Shown here: positions 45,858-55,503 of the stretch, piece by piece | How positions within the stretch are numbered: the stretch's first letter is position 1 | Layout: every line of letters begins with the position of its first letter | NCBI GenBank assembly: GCA_963665275.2 | Contig: CAXXIN010000019.1 | Span: 160,001-224,000 of the forward strand | DNA from: Negativicutes bacterium | Lineage (GTDB): Bacteria > Bacillota > Negativicutes > UBA1444 | DNA length: 64,000 nt | Direction: 5' to 3' | The notes under the pieces: model-generated | What the model was told of the DNA's origin: nothing | Databases searched by the model: none | Seen by the model: the letters and a program-made list of their open reading frames with translations, nothing else | Program-made: the position numbers and the translations under genes

Positions 45858-47992
45858 CCCTCTTGTTGACTATACAGATTTTGATAAATGCCTTTCTGCG
45901 CCAGCAATTCCCGATGGTTTCCCTGTTCGGCCAGACGGCCCCGGTCGATGACCAGGATGGTATCGCATTGCTCAACAGTGGACAGGCGATGGGCGATAAT
46001 AATGACGGTGCGGCCCGCGCAGATCGTATCCAGATTGTCCATGATGATTCGTTCCGACTCATAGTCGAGGGCGCTGGTGGCTTCGTCGAAAATCAGGATG
46101 CGCGGATTGGTCAAGAGGGCCCGGGCGATGGCGATGCGCTGCCGCTGACCGCCGGACAGACTGGAGCCGCGTTCCCCGACATTCGTATCGTACCCCTCCG
46201 GCAGTTCGCCGATGAACTCGTCGGCGCCCGCCATCCGAGCCGCCTCGAGGATCTCTTCCCCTGTCGCGTCAGGACGGGCCGTGGCAATGTTGTCACGCAC
46301 GCTGCCGGAGAAAAGGAAGCTCTCCTGCAAGACGAACCCGATCTGCCGCCTGAGCCAGGCCGGCTCCACCTGGGCCACATCGACCCCGTCGATGAAGACC
46401 TGTCCGGTCTCCGCCACATAGAGGCGCTGGATCAGTTTGATGATCGTGCTCTTGCCGGAACCGGACCGGCCGACAATGCCGACACGCATCCCCGGGTTGA
46501 TCTTGAACGAAAGTTCCCGCAGAACTTCGGGACCATCCAGCCGGTAGCGGAAGCCGACGTTGTCGAAGGTAATTTCACCGGCGATCGCGGAGAGCGTCGT
46601 CCGGTTGGGATCGAAAGCCGGTTCAGCCGGTACGTTCAGGATATCGCCCAGACGGTCGATCGATAGCTGAGCCTGCTGGAACGACTGCCAGATATTGACG
46701 AGCCGCAGCACCGGCCGCGTGACCTGACCGGCCAGCATGTTGAAGGCCACCAGTTCGCCGACCGTCATTTTGCCCTCCATCACCAGATTGGCGCCCAGCC
46801 AGAGGATGCCGAGAGTGGTCATCAAGGTGACCATCTGACCGATGCTGCCGAACAGGTTCGCCATATTGTTGGTGTCAAAGGACATTTTCACATAACGGGA
46901 CAGGCTTTGCTCCCACTTCTGGTAAAACTGGTTTTCTAAAGCGAGTGACTTGAGCGTCTGAATGCCGGTGACCGATTCGATGAGGAACGAGTAGTTCTCG
47001 GCATAGGCCGAAAACCGGACATTGAGCTGGCGCTTAAAGATGGGGGTAAACAGGAAAGTCAACAGGACCAGAACCGGCAACGACGCCACAACGATGAAGG
47101 AAAGGGTGAAATTGTAATAAAACATGGCGGCGATATAAACGAAGGTGAAGAAGGTATCCAGCACGAGTGTAAGGCCGGTACCGGTGATGAAACTGCGGAT
47201 ATTCTCCAGTTCCCGGACTCTGGCCACCGTATCGCCTACCTGCCGTTCCTCGAAGAACCGCAGCGGCAAAGCGGATATGTGGCGATATAGCCGGGCGCCG
47301 AGGATGACATCGATCTTATTGGCGGTATGCACGAACAGATAGCCTCGCAGATAGGTGATGAGAGTCTGGAAGATATAGACGAACAGCATCCCGAACACCA
47401 GGACATCGAGGGTCGACGTCCCACGATGGATGAGCACCCTGTCGATGATGATCTGAAAGAACACCGGCGTGAACAGTCCGAACAGCTGGATGGCGAAGGA
47501 AGACAGGATGACCTCCGAGAATGCGCGGCGGAAACGCCAGAAAACCGGCAGGAACCAGGTCAGGTTGAACTGTTTGGACAACTCCCCGCCCAGCGTATTG
47601 CTGGTCATACGGCGAGCAACGAGAATCAGTTCCCCACTCCATACAGCCAGAAACTTTTCCAGGGTTACGGAGAAGGGACGGCTTTTGTAGGGATCGATCA
47701 GGGTGACGGCATTTTCATGGGTGCGGCCGACAACAACGCAGTTGCCGTTGGTCAGGATCGCGATGGCCGGAATCGGCAACTTGGCGAAGCGTTCCGCATC
47801 CGGTCGGATCAGTCTCGCTTTCAGCCCCAGGTCCTGGGCAGCCCGCAGCAGTGTGACGCTGTCCATACCGCCGCCGCCGAGAGCGTAGGCGCGGCGCAGC
47901 TGCTGCTCGTCAGCGGGGATGCCAAGAATTTTGGCCACCGTGACGAGGCAGATGAGTGCAGTATCCAGTTTAGCGGCGGATTGCGTTTCCAA
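45854..47992 (-). CDS. type I secretion ABC transporter (HlyB-like, C39-like domain)
   Basis: GRSGSGKST, LSGGQRQR, IFDEATSALD, IAHRLST. Confidence 0.94.
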   Translation of the reverse strand: METQSAAKLDTALICLVTVAKILGIPADEQQLRRAYALGGGGMDSVTLLRAAQDLGLKARLIRPDAERFAKLPIPAIAILTNGNCVVVGRTHENAVTLIDPYKSRPFSVTLEKFLAVWSGELILVARRMTSNTLGGELSKQFNLTWFLPVFWRFRRAFSEVILSSFAIQLFGLFTPVFFQIIIDRVLIHRGTSTLDVLVFGMLFVYIFQTLITYLRGYLFVHTANKIDVILGARLYRHISALPLRFFEERQVGDTVARVRELENIRSFITGTGLTLVLDTFFTFVYIAAMFYYNFTLSFIVVASLPVLVLLTFLFTPIFKRQLNVRFSAYAENYSFLIESVTGIQTLKSLALENQFYQKWEQSLSRYVKMSFDTNNMANLFGSIGQMVTLMTTLGILWLGANLVMEGKMTVGELVAFNMLAGQVTRPVLRLVNIWQSFQQAQLSIDRLGDILNVPAEPAFDPNRTTLSAIAGEITFDNVGFRYRLDGPEVLRELSFKINPGMRVGIVGRSGSGKSTIIKLIQRLYVAETGQVFIDGVDVAQVEPAWLRRQIGFVLQESFLFSGSVRDNIATARPDATGEEILEAARMAGADEFIGELPEGYDTNVGERGSSLSGGQRQRIAIARALLTNPRILIFDEATSALDYESERIIMDNLDTICAGRTVIIIAHRLSTVEQCDTILVIDRGRLAEQGNHRELLAQKGIYQNLYSQQEG

Positions 47993-48012
47993 AATCGCAG
48001 ACTCCTTATGAT

Positions 48013-50232
48013 TCAGCTTCCGGCTGCTTCCGTTGATTTGCTGCGGCTCTGCTGGTGGTACAAGTGATAGTACATGCCCTGGCGGGCCATGAGGTCAGTG
48101 TGGCTGCCTTGCTCGATCAAGCGGCCGCGGTCAATGACCAAGAGCGATTCACAGGGCCGAACGGTGGAAAGCCGGTGGGCAATGATGATGACCGTCCGGC
48201 CTACACAGATCTTGTCGAGGTTTTTCATGATGATTCGTTCGGATTCATAGTCCAGGGCGCTGGTGGCTTCATCGAAGATGAGAATCCGCGGATTGGTCAT
48301 CAGTGCGCGGGCGATGGCGATCCGTTGTTTCTGTCCGCCGGACAACGAGGCGCCGCGTTCGCCGACGTTGGTGTCATAGCCTTCGGCCAGTTCCGCGATG
48401 AAGTCGTGCGCGCCAGCGGTGCGGGCGGCGGCGATGACTTCGTCCATCCGGGCGCTGGGTGCGGCGATGGCGATATTTTCTCTGACACTGCCGTTGAACA
48501 GGAAATTTTCCTGCATGACAATGCCAATCTGTTGGCGAATCCAAGTGGGGTCGACCTGGGAGAGATCCAGCCCGTCCAGCAGCACTTTGCCGCCTTCGGG
48601 AATGTATAGGCGCTGGATAAGTTTGCTGATCGTGCTTTTGCCTGAACCGGAGCGACCGACGATGCCGATGCGTTGTCCGGGCAGCATCTCAAAACTCATA
48701 TCTTGAATGACCAGTGGCGATTCGGGACGATAGCGGAAGTTCACCTGCTCGAGGCGGATAGCCCCCTTGAGGGCCGCATGCTTGGCGGTGCCCGGCCGGA
48801 CGGTCGGTTCGGGCGGCGAGTTAAGAATGTCGCCGATCATGGCGACCGAAAGGCGGGCCTGTTGGTAGGACTGCCACTGATTGGCGAGGTTCGTCACCGA
48901 ACTGATGGCCTGTCCTGACAGCATGTTGAAGGCGATGAACTGGCCGACTGTCATTTCGCCGCCGATCACGAGGCGCGCTCCGACCCATAGGATGCTCAAA
49001 TTGGACAGCAGACTCACGATATTGCTGAGACTGCCGAACAGATTCCCCAGGTTCGAGGTCTGGAAAGATATTTTCACATATCTGGCGATCGTTTCTTCCC
49101 ACTTCTTGTTGAACTGCGGCTCCAGCGCCAGCGATTTGACGGTCTGGATGCCAGTCAGGGATTCGACGAGGAAACTGTAGTTCTCCATATAGGCGGCGAA
49201 GCGCGCCTTAAATTGTTCCCGCATGATCGGCGTAAAATAAGCCCCGATGCCGATAAAAAGAGGCAAGGCAGCGATCACCACCCAGGTGAGAAGGGGGCTG
49301 TAAAAAAACATGACCGCGAAGAACACAATTCCGAAAAACGTGTCCATCAATACGGTCAAGCTGGTTCCGGTCAAAAAACCCCGGATATTTTCAAGTTCGC
49401 GCAGCCGGGTAACGGTGTCGCCCACACGGCGCATCTCAAAATAGCGCAACGGCAACAGACAAAGCTGGCGATAAAGTCTGGCGCCGAGGATGGCGTCCAC
49501 TTTGTTGGTGGTATGGTTGAACAGGTAGGTGCGCAGATAGCTCATCAGGCTCTGGAAAAAATAAGCAAAGAAGATCACCAGGATCAAAATGTTGAGCGTG
49601 GACATCCCCCGATGCGGCAGCACCTTGTCGATGATGACCTGCATGAACATCGGGGTGATCAGACCGAATACCTGCAGCAGGAAGGCCAGCAGAATGACCT
49701 GATAGAAGGTGCGCCGGTACTGCCAAAACACAGGTCCGAACCAGCCCAGGTTGAATTCCTGGCCCAGTTTTTTGAAACTGAACGGACGGGAGATCTCCAC
49801 GACCGTCCCGACCCATATTTCCGCGAACCGTTCTGTCGTCGCCACCTCCGGCTTACCTACAGCGGGGTCAAGGAGCAGGAACTTGTTGCCTTCACAGCGG
49901 AGGATCACGACATAACTGCCGTTCTGGCAGACAGCGATCGACGGCAGCTTGATATCACAGATCTTGTCGATATCCGGGCGGATCAGGCGGGACTTCAGTT
50001 TCAGATTTTTCGCGCCCTGGCGAATGGCTTCGATCCCCAGCGTAATGTTGTTCACTATGAGCTGTTGACGCAATACTTCTTCTTCGGCAGGAATCCCGAG
50101 GATACGGGCAGCAAAAACCAGACAGGCCAGCGCAGGATCGCGCGGAGCTGCCTCTGCGGCGCTATTGTTATTCACTCCTGAATGGACTGCATCGTCACGG
50201 GATTTGCTTTGATCATTCACGTCCAGCGTCAT
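48013..50232 (-). CDS. second type I secretion ABC transporter (HlyB-like)
   Basis: GRSGSGKST, LSGGQKQR, IFDEATSALD; paralog of the adjacent gene. Confidence 0.94.
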   Translation of the reverse strand: MTLDVNDQSKSRDDAVHSGVNNNSAAEAAPRDPALACLVFAARILGIPAEEEVLRQQLIVNNITLGIEAIRQGAKNLKLKSRLIRPDIDKICDIKLPSIAVCQNGSYVVILRCEGNKFLLLDPAVGKPEVATTERFAEIWVGTVVEISRPFSFKKLGQEFNLGWFGPVFWQYRRTFYQVILLAFLLQVFGLITPMFMQVIIDKVLPHRGMSTLNILILVIFFAYFFQSLMSYLRTYLFNHTTNKVDAILGARLYRQLCLLPLRYFEMRRVGDTVTRLRELENIRGFLTGTSLTVLMDTFFGIVFFAVMFFYSPLLTWVVIAALPLFIGIGAYFTPIMREQFKARFAAYMENYSFLVESLTGIQTVKSLALEPQFNKKWEETIARYVKISFQTSNLGNLFGSLSNIVSLLSNLSILWVGARLVIGGEMTVGQFIAFNMLSGQAISSVTNLANQWQSYQQARLSVAMIGDILNSPPEPTVRPGTAKHAALKGAIRLEQVNFRYRPESPLVIQDMSFEMLPGQRIGIVGRSGSGKSTISKLIQRLYIPEGGKVLLDGLDLSQVDPTWIRQQIGIVMQENFLFNGSVRENIAIAAPSARMDEVIAAARTAGAHDFIAELAEGYDTNVGERGASLSGGQKQRIAIARALMTNPRILIFDEATSALDYESERIIMKNLDKICVGRTVIIIAHRLSTVRPCESLLVIDRGRLIEQGSHTDLMARQGMYYHLYHQQSRSKSTEAAGS

Positions 50233-50405
50233 TCAGAACCTCACGTTATTTCATTGTCTTGGGGATAATAGATAAAAATGGATAAACTATTCCTATTATT
50301 AGGATTCGCGTCATTGTTTAGCATTCCTGCTTTTCTACCCGCTTCGTATCAAACTGAACAAGTGTTTTCCCCAGTGCAGGTCGTTGGAAGTTGCATTTGT
50401 TTCTT

Positions 50406-50453
50406 CACATGCAAAGGAGGGCAAAGCACCCGCTTTGCCCTCCTTTGCATGTG
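50406..50453. terminator. 22-bp perfect hairpin after RTX gene 2
   Basis: CACATGCAAAGGAGGGCAAAGC-ACCC-GCTTTGCCCTCCTTTGCATGTG. Confidence 0.7.
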
Positions 50454-50474
50454 TCGTTTCTCTTTCGATTGTAT

Positions 50475-53400
50475 TTACAGCCAAGTTGTTCCATCGGTGC
50501 TCTTCGTTACTATTCCTCCGGCGCCATCGCTGAAGTTGAAGCTGTTGAGCTGATTCCCCCCACCCAGGTTCCAATCGACCAGAGTGATTGTATCAGTTCC
50601 CCTGACTGTAAGGACAAGATCATTTCCGACAACGCCGATTGTAGCATCGGCGCTCAAGAAGGAACTCAGGTCCACGGAATCATCGCTATTGTCCACTGCG
50701 CCGGCAATTGTATCGTTGCCGAATCCATTACCGGAGTAGTCGACAAACTGGTAGACATCGAAGCCAACCCCGCCGATCAGCAAGTTGTTGCCCTCTGTCC
50801 CTATAAGCATATCATCACCTGATCCGCCATTCAGAGTGTCATCGCCCCAAGAGTAGCTGCCGTCCAGAATATCATTGCCGTCCAGACCACTGAGCACGTT
50901 GTTCCCGACTGACCCAATGATGTAATTGTCGAGACTGTTACCAGTTCCGTTGATTGGCGCCCCGTATATCGCTCCGTCGAACAGTGTCAGGTTTTCGGTG
51001 AAATCCCCCAATGTGTAATCCACGGAGGAGTAAACGGTATCATATCCTGCTCCATCCTGCTCCACAACAACATCGCCCGCGTTGTCCACATAATAAGTGT
51101 CGTCATCTGTCCCGCCAATCATTGTATCGGCGCCCAATCCGCCGTCCAGGTTATTATATCCCGCCCCGCCGCCGTCCAGCACATTATCCATGTCGTTACC
51201 GACGATATAGTTGTCGAGACTGTTGCCTGTGCCGTTAATCGACGTGTCGGTCAAGGTCAGGTTCTCGACGAAGTTCCCCAGCGCGTAATCCACGGAGGAG
51301 TAAACTGTATCATAATATCCTGCTCCGTCCTGCTCCGTTACGACATCATTGACGTCGTCCACGACATAGGTGTCATCGCCCACGCCACCGATCAAAGCAT
51401 CTGCACCCAGGCCTCCGTCCAGCGTGTCATTACCACCCAGGCCGCTGAGCGTGTTGTTCAAACCGTTACCGATAATTAAATTGTCACCGCCGATAAAGCC
51501 GCCGGAGCCGTTGGCGATGCCGGTGTTACCAGTGCCGGAAATCGCAGTGCCTGTCAGAGTCAAGTTCTCCAGATTGCCTCCCAATGTGTAGTTGATGGAG
51601 GACTGGACCGAATCCACCTCCAACGGGTACGAATAATTTGAAACGTCAATTACCACGTCACTGGCGCTGTCCACCACATACGTGTCATTGCCAACCCCGC
51701 CGGACATCGAGTCGTTGCCAAGCCCACCGGCAAGTGTATCGTTGCCGCCCCCGCCGCTCAGGGTATCGTTGCCGTCTCCGCCGCTCAGGACGTTGTCCAA
51801 TGTGTTGCCTGTCAGAACATTGGCGATCGAGTTGCCGGCGCCGTTGATCGCCGTTCCAGCCAGTGTCAGATTCTCCACGTTGAGATCCGTCAACGTGTAA
51901 TCAAAAGACGACACGACCGTATCGGTTCCCCCGTTTGCAACTTCAACGACAACCGTGTCCATACTATTAATCACATAAGTGTCATTACCCTCCAGTCCGG
52001 AAAGTACATCGGCCAGACTGTTGCCTGTAAGAACATTGGCCAAACTGTTGCCTGTACCGTTGATCGCCGCTCCCGTAAGCGTCAGGTTTTCGAGGTTGAG
52101 GTCAGTCAGTGTGTAATCAGAAGAGGATACCACCGTGTCGGTCCCTCCCCCCGGGAGTTCTACGATCGTGTCCAGACCGTCGATGACGTAGGTATCGTTG
52201 CCGGCTCCGCCGGTCAGCACGTTGGCCAGGCTGTTGCCTGTCAGGGTGTTGTTAGCGGCGTTTCCGGTCCCGTTGAGCGCCGTGCCCGTCAACGTCAGAT
52301 TTTCCACATTCGGACTGGTCAATGTATAGTCAACAGAAGATAAAACAGTATCCGTACCGCTGTTCGATAGTTCATATATGACGTCTCCGGAGGAATCCAC
52401 CAAATAGGTATCGTTCCCGGCGCCGCCATTCATCGAATCATTGCCGATGCCGCCGTCCAGCGTGTCGTTGCCGGCATCTCCGTAAAGCGTATCATTGGCG
52501 CCGAGACCGCTCAGCAGATTGTCGACGCTGTTGCCGAAAATTACATTGGCCGCTGAACTGCCGGTACCATTGACCGCAGTTCCCGAAAGAGTCAGGTTTT
52601 CCAGATTGGGATTAGCCAGCGTGTAATCGAACGAAGCCACCACCGTATCCGTGCCTTCGCCGGCATTCTCGACAATCAAGTCTCCCGCGCTGTCAATAAC
52701 ATAGCTATCGTCGCCCAGCCCACCGACCAGGGAATCGTCGCCGATCCCTCCGTTCAATGAATCATTGCCGTTGCCGCCGACCAGCGTGTCAGTCCCCGCT
52801 CCGCCGTCGAGGGTGTCGTTGTTATCAAACCCATAAAGGATATTGTTCTGGCCGTTGCCTGTTATATTGTTGAACAACGAATTTCCATTGCCGTTAATAG
52901 CCGAACCGGTCAGGACCAGATTCTCCAGATTGGTCCCTAATGTGTAGTCGATGCTTGACCGCACGGTGTCGGTCGAACCATTGCCCCCGAAGGTCGGCGG
53001 GTTGGCATCTGTTTCGACGATCACGTCACCGGTGTCGTCAACCACGTAGGTAGTGGTCATGTAACCCGACCAGTTTCCGCCGTACATGGTGTCGGCGCCC
53101 GTCCCTCCGTCGAGGGTGTCGCTGCCGCCGCCACCGTAAATGACATCGTTTCCGGCGCCGCCGAAAAAGTTCTGGATGCCGTTCCCTCCAGTCAGCACAT
53201 TATTGAGTTCGTTGCCGGATATCAACAACCCGCTGGTATTGCCGACAGTCAGATTCTCGATGTTCGCCCCCAGAACGAATGCGGATACAGGGGTAAAGTT
53301 CAGGGTATCGATGCCTTCGTTGGGATTCTCGATTACGGTGTCAAAATAGGTATTATCCGCATAGTATACGTCGTTGCCCGCACCTCCATACATAGTGTCG

Positions 53401-55079
53401 ACACCGGTTCCGCCATCCAGGGTGTCATTGTTGGCCAGTCCATAAAGGATATCGTTTCCGGCCAATCCAAGTATGTTGTCCCTTGAGATCCCCCCCGTCA
53501 GAGTATCACTGAACGCGGTTCCCGTAATCGTCTGAGGTATGGCTACCGTGGCGATGCCGTCAGTCGCGAGAAGAGCGCCGATCTGGGATGTCCCCCCCAG
53601 CAACCAGTCCTTCAGCGTTAGGCTTCCCGTCGACCCCGTGATCGTGATGACCAGATCATTGGCGTTGAGCACATAATTCAGTTCCGCTTGGGTCGCATCA
53701 GAGAACACGATGGTGTCCAGGTTGCTTGCCACATCGGCGGTAATGACATCAAAACCCTGCCCCTTGGCATATACATATTGATCTGCGCCAGCACCCCCGG
53801 TCAGCGTGTCGTTCCCCAGTCCGCCCGAAAGCGTATCGTTGCCGGCATTACCTGTGAGTATGTTATTCATACTGTTGCCTGTCATCACGTTGTTGTCCGC
53901 ATTGCCGGTACCGTTGATCGCACTCGTGCCCGTCAGAGTCAGGTTCTCCACGTTCGTTCCCAGAGTATAACTGACACTGGATTGAACGAGGTCAGTTCCG
54001 GCATTCAACAATTCGGTCACCGCGTCACCACTATTATCCACCACGTAGGTATCGTTGCCCAAGCCGCCGAACATTGAATCCGCCCCAAGACCGCCGTTGA
54101 GCGTATCATTGGCAGCAAAGCCCCATAGAGTATCGCTCCCAACCAAACCTGAAATCAGCGCCCCGGTCACGATGGGAACATCAGTCCGTCCTTGCGCAAA
54201 GCCCTGCAAAATAAACTGCCGGGTAGCCGCAGCGGTATCCGTACCGAATTGATATTGCATTTCCGCATAGTTCGCCAGGTATTGCTCCGCATTGAAGGTG
54301 GTAGTTCGTCCTTCCGCATACCCATTCGTGATATAGTGGCTTGTTGCCGCCGAAGTGTTGGCGCCAAACGGGGCGATCAGATCCCCATAGGAGGCAATAT
54401 AACGCAGCGGATCAAACGTGGTGGTTCGCCCTTCTGCATACCCATTCATGATATAGTGGCTTGTTGCCGCCGAAGTGTTGGCGCCAAACGCGGCGATCAG
54501 ATCCCCGTAGGAGGCAATATAGCCGAGCGCATCAAAATTCGCTGTTCGCCCTTCCGCATACCCATTCGTGATATAGTGGCTTGTTGCCGCCGAAGTGTTG
54601 GCGCCAAACGCGGCGATCAAATCTCCGTAGGAGGCAGTATAACGCAGCGGGTCAAACGTGGTGGTTCGCCCTTCGGCATGGCCATTCGCAATATAGTGCG
54701 AGAAACCGGCTGCCTGATCTGTGCCGTACGCATTGATCAAATCGCCATAGGAAGCGATATAGTTTAACGGATTGAAATTTTGATAGGAGCCGGGAACAGT
54801 CTGGTCACTAAACTGAAGCGACTCAACATTGTTTACTGTATCGAACCCATTGGCCCCCGATAAATCCCCTATCCAGGACATAGTACTGTTGACTCTATAA
54901 ATTGCATAATTCGAAAGTGGACCTGAATAAATCGCCGTATCTGTTCCGGTTCCGCCATCAAGAGCATCATTTGCGCCCAGTCCCTGTAATACGTCATCTC
55001 CAGCTAGCCCATTCAGAACATCTGCACTACTGGTTCCCACTAGATTGTCATTACCTGAAGTACCATTCAACGTAGCCAT
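50475..55079 (-). CDS. RTX Ca-binding secreted protein 2 (1534 aa)
   Basis: RTX nonapeptides, [15 protein letters not shown] modules, N-terminal 40-aa YIASYGDL repeats, C-terminal WNL...LNSFNF. Confidence 0.93.
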   Translation of the reverse strand: MATLNGTSGNDNLVGTSSADVLNGLAGDDVLQGLGANDALDGGTGTDTAIYSGPLSNYAIYRVNSTMSWIGDLSGANGFDTVNNVESLQFSDQTVPGSYQNFNPLNYIASYGDLINAYGTDQAAGFSHYIANGHAEGRTTTFDPLRYTASYGDLIAAFGANTSAATSHYITNGYAEGRTANFDALGYIASYGDLIAAFGANTSAATSHYIMNGYAEGRTTTFDPLRYIASYGDLIAPFGANTSAATSHYITNGYAEGRTTTFNAEQYLANYAEMQYQFGTDTAAATRQFILQGFAQGRTDVPIVTGALISGLVGSDTLWGFAANDTLNGGLGADSMFGGLGNDTYVVDNSGDAVTELLNAGTDLVQSSVSYTLGTNVENLTLTGTSAINGTGNADNNVMTGNSMNNILTGNAGNDTLSGGLGNDTLTGGAGADQYVYAKGQGFDVITADVASNLDTIVFSDATQAELNYVLNANDLVITITGSTGSLTLKDWLLGGTSQIGALLATDGIATVAIPQTITGTAFSDTLTGGISRDNILGLAGNDILYGLANNDTLDGGTGVDTMYGGAGNDVYYADNTYFDTVIENPNEGIDTLNFTPVSAFVLGANIENLTVGNTSGLLISGNELNNVLTGGNGIQNFFGGAGNDVIYGGGGSDTLDGGTGADTMYGGNWSGYMTTTYVVDDTGDVIVETDANPPTFGGNGSTDTVRSSIDYTLGTNLENLVLTGSAINGNGNSLFNNITGNGQNNILYGFDNNDTLDGGAGTDTLVGGNGNDSLNGGIGDDSLVGGLGDDSYVIDSAGDLIVENAGEGTDTVVASFDYTLANPNLENLTLSGTAVNGTGSSAANVIFGNSVDNLLSGLGANDTLYGDAGNDTLDGGIGNDSMNGGAGNDTYLVDSSGDVIYELSNSGTDTVLSSVDYTLTSPNVENLTLTGTALNGTGNAANNTLTGNSLANVLTGGAGNDTYVIDGLDTIVELPGGGTDTVVSSSDYTLTDLNLENLTLTGAAINGTGNSLANVLTGNSLADVLSGLEGNDTYVINSMDTVVVEVANGGTDTVVSSFDYTLTDLNVENLTLAGTAINGAGNSIANVLTGNTLDNVLSGGDGNDTLSGGGGNDTLAGGLGNDSMSGGVGNDTYVVDSASDVVIDVSNYSYPLEVDSVQSSINYTLGGNLENLTLTGTAISGTGNTGIANGSGGFIGGDNLIIGNGLNNTLSGLGGNDTLDGGLGADALIGGVGDDTYVVDDVNDVVTEQDGAGYYDTVYSSVDYALGNFVENLTLTDTSINGTGNSLDNYIVGNDMDNVLDGGGAGYNNLDGGLGADTMIGGTDDDTYYVDNAGDVVVEQDGAGYDTVYSSVDYTLGDFTENLTLFDGAIYGAPINGTGNSLDNYIIGSVGNNVLSGLDGNDILDGSYSWGDDTLNGGSGDDMLIGTEGNNLLIGGVGFDVYQFVDYSGNGFGNDTIAGAVDNSDDSVDLSSFLSADATIGVVGNDLVLTVRGTDTITLVDWNLGGGNQLNSFNFSDGAGGIVTKSTDGTTWL
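54180..54780 (-). repeat. 120-bp tandem repeats ([13 protein letters not shown] module)
   Basis: Five copies, three nearly identical in DNA. Confidence 0.85.
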
Positions 55080-55123
55080 TCAAATCATCCTCCCTTTTTT
55101 CACGATATAAAGTCTTGCGTGAT

Positions 55124-55151
55124 AAACCATTTAACCAATACGATTAAATGG
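55124..55151 (-). terminator. leader terminator of RTX gene 2
   Basis: CCAUUUAAUCG-UAU-UGGUUAAAUGG-UUU directly after the aptamer. Confidence 0.55.
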
Positions 55152-55222
55152 GGCGGGTGGACTCACTATTGGCTCTGCGCAAGACAAGTGACCGTTTAAG
55201 TCTTGCGCTTCATCGCTCCATT
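55152..55222 (-). ncRNA. c-di-GMP-II-like riboswitch aptamer (variant), copy 2
   Basis: AUGGAGCGAUGAAGCGCAAGAC...GGUCACUUGUCUUGCGCAGAGCCAAUAGUGAGUCCACCCGCC; stem covaries relative to copy 1. Confidence 0.78.
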
Positions 55223-55430
55223 GTTCTTAATAGATTTAATTTATTAAATAATATTGTCTATTGTTTATTATACGCCTCTAATTGTATTTTGCCTACCAAT
55301 TTTTCAATAATTATATAATTTTGTATTAATTAAGATAATTTACCGACAGTATTCGACTTGCAAGCTCAACCTAAGTAGTGTTTTTTACCATATTCAATAT
55401 GATTCTTCTAATAGTCCATTTTCCACAAGC

Positions 55431-55476
55431 AAAACTCAAACCGCCCTAGGCTACAAGTGCCTAGGGCGGTTTGAGT
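55431..55476 (-). terminator. intrinsic terminator after S8 protease gene
   Basis: ACTCAAACCGCCCTAGGC/GCCTAGGGCGGTTTGAGT 18-bp stem. Confidence 0.85.
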
Positions 55477-55503
55477 GGAAAGTAATTTAAAATTCTGTTT
55501 TAT

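Noticed and set aside
50278-50574. Small ORFs between RTX2 and the ABC genes
   Set aside because: They overlap the RTX 3' end and the hairpin; no RBS or motif support.
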